From the human T2T-CHM13v2.0 reference genome, Homo sapiens, in NCBI RefSeq assembly GCF_009914755.1, contig NC_060933.1: DNA of 64,000 nt. One strand, 5' to 3'. The translations under genes and the position numbers were made by a program. Below, one piece after another: positions 56,015-64,000 of the stretch. The notes beneath the pieces were generated by a model that was not told the origin of the DNA, did no database searches, and saw only the letters and a program-made list of their open reading frames with translations. Position 1 is the stretch's first letter; each line of letters begins with the position of its first letter.

Positions 56015-57044
56015 TGAAGGGGTGGCCTGCACCTCCACACCTGTGGGTATTTCTAGTCGGGTGGGATGAGAGACTGAGAAAAGAAATAAGACACAGAGAC
56101 AAAGTATAGAGAAACAACAGTGGACCCAGGGGACCAGCACTCAGCACACCAAGGACCTGCACTGGCACCGGCCTCTGAGTTCCGTCAGTTTTTATTGATT
56201 ATTATTTTCATTATTTCAGCAAAAAGGAATGTAGTAGGAAAGCAGGGTGGTAATAAGGAGAAGGTCAGCAAAAAACGTGTGAGCAAAAGAATCTATGTCA
56301 TAATTAAGTTCAAGGGAAGGTACCATGAGTGGACGTGCACGTAAGCCAGATTTATGTTTCTCTCCACCCAAACATCTCAGTGGAGTAAAGAATAACAAAG
56401 CAGCATTACTGCAAACATGTCTCGCCTCCCACCATAGGGCGGTTTTTCTCCTATCTCAGAATTGAACAAATGTACAATTGGGTTTTATACCGAGACATTC
56501 AGTTACCAGGGGCAGGCAGGAGACAGTGGCCTTCCTCTATCTCAACTGCAAGAGGCTTTCCTCTTTTACTAATCCACCTCAGCACAGACCCTTTACGAGT
56601 GTCGGACTGGGGGACGGTCAGGTCTTTCTCATCCCACGAGGCCATATTTCAGACTATCATATGGGGAGAAACCTTGGACAATACCCGGCTTTCAAGGGCA
56701 GAGGTCCCTGCGGCTTTCCACAGTGCATTGTGCCCCAGGTTTATTGAGACTAGAGAATGGCAATGACTTTTACCAAGTATACTGCTTGTAAACATTTTGT
56801 TAACAAGGCACGTCCTGCACAGCCCTAGATCCCTTAAACCTTGATTTCATACAACACATGTTTTTGTGAGCTCCAGGTTGGGTCAAAGTGGCTGGGTCAA
56901 AGTGGCTGGGGCAAAGCTACAAATTAACAACATCTCTGCAAAGTAATTGTTTAAAGTACAGGTCTTTTTCAAAATGGAGTCTCTTATGTCTTCCCTTTCT
57001 ACATAGGCACAGTAACAGTCTGATCTCTCTTTCTTTTCCCTACA
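56015..57044 (-). mobile_element. HERV-K(HML-2) solo LTR, LTR5A-like, 1030 bp
   Basis: Reverse start TGTAGGGAAAAGAAAGAGAGATCAGACTGTTACTGTG, TG..CA termini, perfect 6-bp TSD ATGAAG at 56009-56014 and 57045-57050. Confidence 0.95.
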
Positions 57045-57498
57045 ATGAAGGACACAAATACTAGGCATGGTGCTGTAGTCAATTAGATATATTAATATAG
57101 AATTTATTGGAAAGATCTAGGTTAGAAATACTAATTTTGGTGTCACCAGCATATAGATGGCATTTAAAGCCATGGAAATATATGAAATAATCTATACAAA
57201 GGAAGAGAAAGTATTAGAAGAATTCATAAGTTGAAAATGAAAATGGCAAATGTGTCACCACCTTAGTTTTACTTTCTTATTGGTTGACATTGCTTCAAAG
57301 ATCTCTCATGGAACTGCCCACAAGTTCATATTTTTTTCCCTTGACTGGATGAAAGTCAAAAGTGTGTCATAGGCTTTGCTGAAGTGATAGCAACATATGC
57401 TCTGGGAGGTTTCTTTAAGAAACCTACTTAACAAATCCTTCTCCCCACCTCACAGTTTCCCTTTCTATTTCTTTCTGTAAAAATTTTATTGATTATGA

Positions 57499-57829
<331 letters not shown>

Positions 57830-58960
57830 GAGATTTCAGACTTTTAAGTCAAACGTATATTCAGAGCATAAAACATGATGGCATTATGAAAATCTTAGTG
57901 TGTAAGATAATAATGGCTGCTTTAACTTACAGGGTAGGAGATGGAAGTTATCTTTTTAAGATAAATATTTGAAGTCTATTTATATTGGTAAGATAACAGA
58001 TAGAAACTCATAAAACATATAGAAACTTATAAAACATAAATATTATGTTCCACCCAACATGCTGGGGCAGTTGCTATCCCACTGGGCCCAGTTATTAGGC
58101 ATATTTGTGTGGGGCAGCAAAGACACTGCTTTCTCATGCTCTTCCCAGGTAGAATCCATACAGAATGTCCTGGTGATGCTGCCAACAATCTGCAAGTGCC
58201 CAGCTGCCTTTTGAGGCCAACCCTCTAGGGTAAAGTTGGGGCTTCCCTTACTCTAATTCACCTGAGTAGTTGGTTAGCTGCTGTTGCAGCTCACCCCAGA
58301 GCCCAGATATTTGTTCTCTCCTGGGCCTCATCTTCTGTGCCAGGGAGAGGCTAGAATTGGTTGTGAAATCATTTAGTCTAATGCATCCAGACCAAGTGGA
58401 GCAGCTTGTGATTTCTGACTTGTCAGATTTTCAGTGGTTGCATACACAGCCTGTCCTGACATGTAGATACTGCAGATCAGCAGCCCCAGGATCCTTACAG
58501 TTCTTTGAACTTCCTCCACTGAGCTCCTGGCAAAAGTGAAGGAAGAGTGCCAATTAATAATCAGTATTTGAGGTGCATGCGATAGACAGATACTAACTGG
58601 AAGACATGGTTTAGAAGTTGTAATATTTATTTTCATCTTATTATATGAACTCTTTTTGCAGTGTCTGCTACATAGTTACAAACTAAGTGTCATGAATAAA
58701 GAATGAAGGAATGAAAGCTTAAAAAAAACCCCAAACATTAGTAGTATGTATAAGGTACACATGGACTTAATTTTAAAACACTAAATTAGTGTGTCATCTT
58801 TGAAATGCAGTCAAAGAAAGCTTGGTTACAAGTAAAACTTGTTAAATATTGTGGGATTCAAATTATCTCCTTGGGGTCATAACAGCTAAAAATTCTTTTT
58901 GTTGTTTTGACAAACTTAGAAGTGAGCCAAACTCAAAGATCTTTTTTACATTATTTCTGT

Positions 58961-58995
58961 TGTGTTAGGGTTCTCCAGAGAGAGAGAGAGAGAGA

Positions 58996-59048
<53 letters not shown>

Positions 59049-59432
59049 GAGAGGGAAAAGGGAGAGACTTATTTTAAGGAATTGGTGTACATGATTGCGG
59101 ATGCCACCAAGTTCAAAGTCAGTCTACAGGGTAGGCCAGCAGGAAGGATATCCAGGGAAGAGGTAGTGTTGGAGCTCGAGTCTGAAGGCAGTCTGCTGGC
59201 AGAATTCTTGCTTAGAGGAGGTCAGTCTTTTTTTATTGAAGGCCTCCAACTTCAATACAAAGCAATTGGATGAGGTCCACCTACATTATGGAGTGTAATC
59301 TGATTTACCTAGAGTCTAGAGATTTAAATATTAATTTCATCTAAAAAATATTTTCACGGAAACATTTTATGTTTGACCACATACCTAGGTACTGTGACTG
59401 AGCCAAAGTGACATACAAAATTAACCATCACA
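58961..59432 (-). mobile_element. MLT2 (ERVL) LTR
   Basis: ttagggttctccagaga...tattttaaggaattgg...aaaattaaccatcaca. Confidence 0.85.
58977..59045. repeat. Compound (AG)10(TG)n microsatellite
   Basis: About 24 TG units with one TT interruption. Confidence 0.95.
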
Positions 59433-59502
59433 GCTATTAAGGCAGGTCTTATGCTGTTGATTTGGGACTAAATTTGTAACAGCTAGGATTTGAAATTGGC
59501 TC

Positions 59503-59800
59503 TTTATTTTTTTTTTTTTTTTTTGAGACAGAGTCTCTGTTGCCCAGGCTGGAGGGCAGTGGCGCGATCTCGGCTCACTGCACTCTCTGCTTCCCAGGTT
59601 CAAACAATTCTCCTGCTTCAGCCACCTGAGTAGCTGGGATTACAGGTGTGCACTATGCCTGGCTAATTTTTGTATTTTCGGTAGAGTCGGGGTTTCACCG
59701 TGTTGGCTGGGCTGTTCTCTTAACTCCTGGCCTCAAGTGATCTGCCTGCCTCAGCCTCCCAGAGTGCTGGGCTTACAGGCGTGACCCATCACACCTGGCC
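59503..59800 (-). mobile_element. AluS
   Basis: Antisense Alu consensus. Confidence 0.92.
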
Positions 59801-59902
59801 TGAAATTATTAGCTCTTTGAGTTAGTTCCTAGTTTATGTGTGGACCTAAGCATATTAACCATTTAGCTTCAGTGTCTTATAAATATAAATATCAGGATTG
59901 CA

Positions 59903-60068
59903 TTAGCTGGGCATGTTGGTACATGATTGTAATCCCAGTTTCTTGGGAGGCTGAGGTCAGAGGTTGAGCCCAGGAGTTTGAGGCTGCAGTGAGCTAGGAT
60001 TGCACCACTGCATGCCAGCCTGGGTGACAGAATGAGACCCATTCACTAACTACCTAACTAAATAAATA
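59903..60068 (+). mobile_element. Alu right monomer (FRAM/AluJ, sense)
   Basis: ttagctgggcatg...gagcccaggagtttgaggctgcagtgagct. Confidence 0.85.
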
Positions 60069-60540
60069 CATTTCAGGATCATATTCCATAGACCTAGGAC
60101 TTTTTCGAGGTTCAAATAAAATAGTTCATGTAAAACACATTGTGAACTCTAAAATTTTTGGTAAACCAAATGTATCATTTTTTATTCTACATTTGTAAAA
60201 TGAGGTGCTTACTAACCAAAAAAATCCAAAGTAGACAGATAACTACTGAAAGTTCATTTTAAAGGTTTAAAATTACTATATTATTTGGTACATTAATAAC
60301 AAATAGTTCTTTATTCATAACTTCATTGGTATTAACACCTAATTTAGTTCTATATTTCACAAGCTACTAAAGAGCACATGGTCATTTAGAAAACTGAATA
60401 TTCAGTTTGTAAAAATGTTTAATTGGTGTGGTAGAGGATTGAAACAGTCTTTCATTTTTCTCCTCTGAGAATTTTAACTGCAGTTAAATTCTGCAATGAA
60501 GTAGCAGTGCTAAAAAGAGCAAATCTTTTTTTTTTAACAG

Positions 60541-60694
60541 TTCATTCTTAGTCAAGAAGATATAACAACTATTTTTAAAACATTGCATGGCAATATATGG
60601 TATGAAAAAGATGGTAGTGCCTCACCTGCTGTAACAAAAGACCAATACAGTGCCACTAGTGGAGTTACTACTAATGCTTCACACCATTCAGGAG
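60541..60694 (+). CDS. VPS13A: VPS13A exon 35, 154 nt
   Basis: taacag|TTCATT...GGAG|gtatgt; FILSQEDITTIFKTLHGNIWYEKDGSASPAVTKDQYSATSGVTTNASHHSG. Confidence 0.97.
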
Positions 60695-60713
60695 GTATGT
60701 TTTTAACTTCAAA

Positions 60714-60838
60714 TTTCTTTCTGCTTTCCTCTTTCTCTCTTTTTTCTTCTATCTTCTTCCCTCCCCTTCCTTCTGTCTTTTCCCTCCTTCCTCCCCTCTT
60801 TCTCCCTCCTTTCCTTCTTTCTTTCCTTCTTTTTGTTT
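60714..60838 (+). repeat. CT-rich low-complexity tract
   Basis: About 125 nt almost purely C/T. Confidence 0.9.
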
Positions 60839-61499
60839 AGTTTGGGCAAAATAAGATTTGTAAATCTGTTTCTAATCAGCTAATTCCATTCAGACATCTC
60901 TAAATTGTCTATGTTATTAGTCGTTGTGTTGATTTTTTTTCTTTGAATGAAAGTTCCTAGTTCTGTTGTAACAAAATTCCTCAGTATATATTCATGTTTT
61001 CCTGACTTCCCTGTAGCTCCTCATTTTCCATTTTTCTCCCTTTCCCCCATCTTCTCCCTATCCCTAGTGTGGCATATATCCCAAATGAATCTTTTATATT
61101 GATATTAGGAATATCAAAGTATTAGAGGTGCAAAGAGAGGATGATCATTAGTAGATGGTGGAGTTTAACAAATATTTGGGAGATGGATGGAACAGAGTAG
61201 AAGGAAGCAGAACTTAGAAAGAGCCTTCATCTAATGTTGGATCCAGTGTGCTCTGTGGAATGTGGCTGGTTTCTGAGCTCAGCACCAGCGCATACAGAGG
61301 GTCAGTTAGTGCTGGGATGACATTGCTGCATAAGCATAAAGTTCTCATTCTGGCATTATAGGGGATCCTCAGACCTACCTACCTCAAAATGAAACCTACT
61401 AGTTCACAAGACTCACCTTTGCAAAGCCCTGAGGTGTTACACAGCATTTTTACTCAGGGAGAATCCTAACAGAAAACCAGCTTTACATTTACAGCATTG

Positions 61500-63400
61500 T
61501 AGGAAACCCCACCCTTACTAGCTGGAATAATCAAACTAGTCCTTTATTGTTAAATATGAATGGTCAGATATGAAGAAAATTGTAAAAACCCCAAGCATGA
61601 ATGAAATTAAGATAAATAGAATCATGTTTTCTGAAGGAAACAGACAATTGAGGTGACAGAAAAGGAAGTAGACAAACAAAAAAGAAGCTCTGACATTCTA
61701 AGAGGATTTTGAGAAGATAATATAAGAAATGGATCCCACCACCACCAGCTCACCCAAGGATAGGAGAGTTGCTGGAAATCCAAATATTATTGCTGAAAAT
61801 TTGAAACAAAAACACTGAACATGTAATTAGAAGTATTGAGTTGGAATATTTGGTTGAGGCAATCTCCCAGGACGGAGAATAAAAAAGCACAGGGATGGAA
61901 AATGTGATAAAACTTAAGAGTGATGTTTTAGTTCAGAAGGTCCAATTCCAGAATGAGTGTTACAGAAGAAATAATTGAGGAAATGGAAGGCAATTCTTTA
62001 AAGAAGTATAGTACTCTCCTTTTATCTGCAGGGAATATGTTCCAAGACCCGTCGATGCCTGAAACTTTGGGTATTACCAAACCTATGTTTGGATAGTACC
62101 CAAACTATATTTTTTCCTATACATACATATGTATCATAAAGATGAATTTATAAATTAGGCACAGTAAGAGTTGAACAACTAATAAAATAGAACAATTATA
62201 ACAATATACTGTCATAAAAGTTACGTGAATGTGGTCTGTCTCTCCAAGTATCTTAATATTTTCAGACACCAGTTGACCTGACCACAGGTAATTGAAAGTG
62301 CAGGTAAGGGTGAGCTGCTGTAAACTGTCCAGACCTAAGTAAATATTGAAGGAAGCTCTTAGCTATAATGAATCTACTGAGTTTCCAGCAGATTGGGTAA
62401 ACTAAGATTCCACATACAAACACATTTTCATGAGATGTCAGAATGGTAAAGCTAAGATTTTCTGAAGTTTCAGAAAAAAAAAAGGCTGCCTGTCAGGGAC
62501 TTAGAAAAAAAATGATTGCATGATTGATTTTTGTTGTTTTTTATTTATCATCAATAAAACATGATGAAATAGAATCCCTGGATGGTAGAAGACAATGGAG
62601 GAATCTATTCAGAATTCTAAGGAAAGTGGTTTTTGAAGCTCAGATTCTATACACAGCCAAGCCATCACCCAAAATGTGAAAAGAAAATAATTCTCAGATT
62701 TCCTGTGACTCAGTTTTCTTAGACTTCTTCATACCCATTCGTAAAAGAAATTAGTTTGAAAGTGTATTTCAGAAAGTCAGGAAATCTAGGAAACAGAAAA
62801 ATATGGGGTTAAAAAATCCTAGGCCTACTCAGGAGTGCACTGAAAAGGAATCTCCAAATTATCTATGTGAATAGGCTAGAAATTAACTGGCTTTCATTAA
62901 AAAGTAAATGAGAATGCTTTAAGGAAAGAAAAAAAAAGCCATGTGGAAGAATGTCTTATAGAAGAAAAATAGCATGAATTCCACATAGTATGTAGGATAC
63001 AGAGTTAGCTATATTATATAACTGATACAGACAGGAAAGTGTTTTCTGCGCTTAAGAAAGAAATTTCTATACCATGGTGCAGAAGTGAAGTGGACTAAAT
63101 TTTGCATAATTTTGAGCCATTGTTAGAATGTGAGAAGAGAACCTCTTATTTTTCAGAGATGCACTCATCGTGACAGTGTAGCAGCAGAGGCAGTATTACT
63201 GTAAATCTCATTGAAAAATACTACATGGTCATAGTTAAACAACACATGGAATACTTCTTATGTAAATAAAAAAGTAAATGTTATGAACTATGATAACTTA
63301 GAAGTAAAGACATTACTAACCAAAGCTGTAAAGAGGAAGATGGATCAGGGGAAACAAATAGTAAAGCCTTAAAGAGTGAGAGAAAATGTCTGCAATTGAT
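61500..63400 (+). mobile_element. Ancient L1/HAL1 ORF1-like remnant
   Basis: A-rich; ttgaggcaatctcccag, agattctatacacagccaagccatc motifs. Confidence 0.5.
62009..62320 (+). mobile_element. MER44A (Tigger7-derived MITE)
   Basis: gttccaagaccc..gatgcctgaaac; aatttataaattaggcacagtaagag. Confidence 0.82.
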
Positions 63401-63525
63401 GTAACAAGAAATAGATGTTTGAATATGTCATTTTAATCGTTTTCTTCTGGAAATTTTTACACATATACCAAAGTAGAAGGAATAAGGTAATGAACCCACA
63501 TGTACTCATCACCCACTTTCACTAA

Positions 63526-63819
63526 TTTTTTTTTTTTTTGAGACAGAGTCTCGCTATGTCACCCAGGCTGGAGTGTAGTGGTGCAATCTCGGCTACTGCA
63601 AGCTCTGCCTCCCGGGTTCACGCCATTCTCCTGCCTCAGCCTCCTGAGTAGCTGGGACTACAGGTGCCCACCACCACACCCAGCTACTTTTTTGTATTTT
63701 TAGTAGAGATGGGGTTTCACTGTGTTACCCAGGATGGTCTCGATCTCCTGACCTCGTGATCCCCCTGCCTCGGTCTCCCAAAGTGCTGGGATTACAGGCG
63801 TGAGCCACCATGCCTGGCC
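63526..63819 (-). mobile_element. AluY
   Basis: TSD CACTTTCACTAATT at 63514-63527 and 63820-63833. Confidence 0.94.
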
Positions 63820-64000
63820 CACTTTCACTAATTAATATCATATGGCTACTTTGTTACTGCCCACACTCTGCTCTTCCCCCTTCTTCCTCCAGCCCATAAG
63901 ATTATTTTAAAGCAAATCCCAGATACTATACCATTAATTGCTATTTTTCCATAAGCAATAAGGACATTACTTTTTAAATATAGTAACATCATCACCCTAA

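Noticed and set aside
60583-60840. Read-through ORF with a hydrophobic F/L/S/P tail resembling a membrane anchor
   Set aside because: Expected by-product of a CT-rich tract; no nearby poly(A) signal seen to support a terminal exon

Overview
Primate (almost certainly human) genomic DNA from inside VPS13A (chorein, bridge-like lipid transfer protein), + strand. Fifteen consecutive internal coding exons, all GT-AG and phase-consistent, give 2077 nt in one open frame. By my recollection of the reference transcript these are exons 21-35 (about aa 680-1372), including the FFAT motif EFFDAPC. The introns are mostly transposons: about 29 Alus (about 22 antisense, 7 sense), a near full-length antisense L1PA7-like element, a 5'-inverted L1PA that truncates a THE1 LTR, solo LTRs (LTR5A/HERV-K, LTR1-group, MER34-like, MLT1, MLT2), old L1M/L2/MIR, and MITEs (MER3, MER20, MER1B, MER44A). 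I cannot establish a new biological system from sequence alone. The best testable leads are RNA-level: an inverted-Alu-flanked exon 25-26 circle with a stop-free FFAT-bearing frame, an in-frame L1 ORF0-like to exon 24 fusion, a tandem acceptor trimming the FFAT acidic flank, an in-frame internal donor in exon 21, and an Alu exon whose only stop could be removed by A-to-I editing. Exon numbers and repeat subfamilies come from memory of consensus sequences. Repeat boundaries are approximate unless a TSD is quoted.
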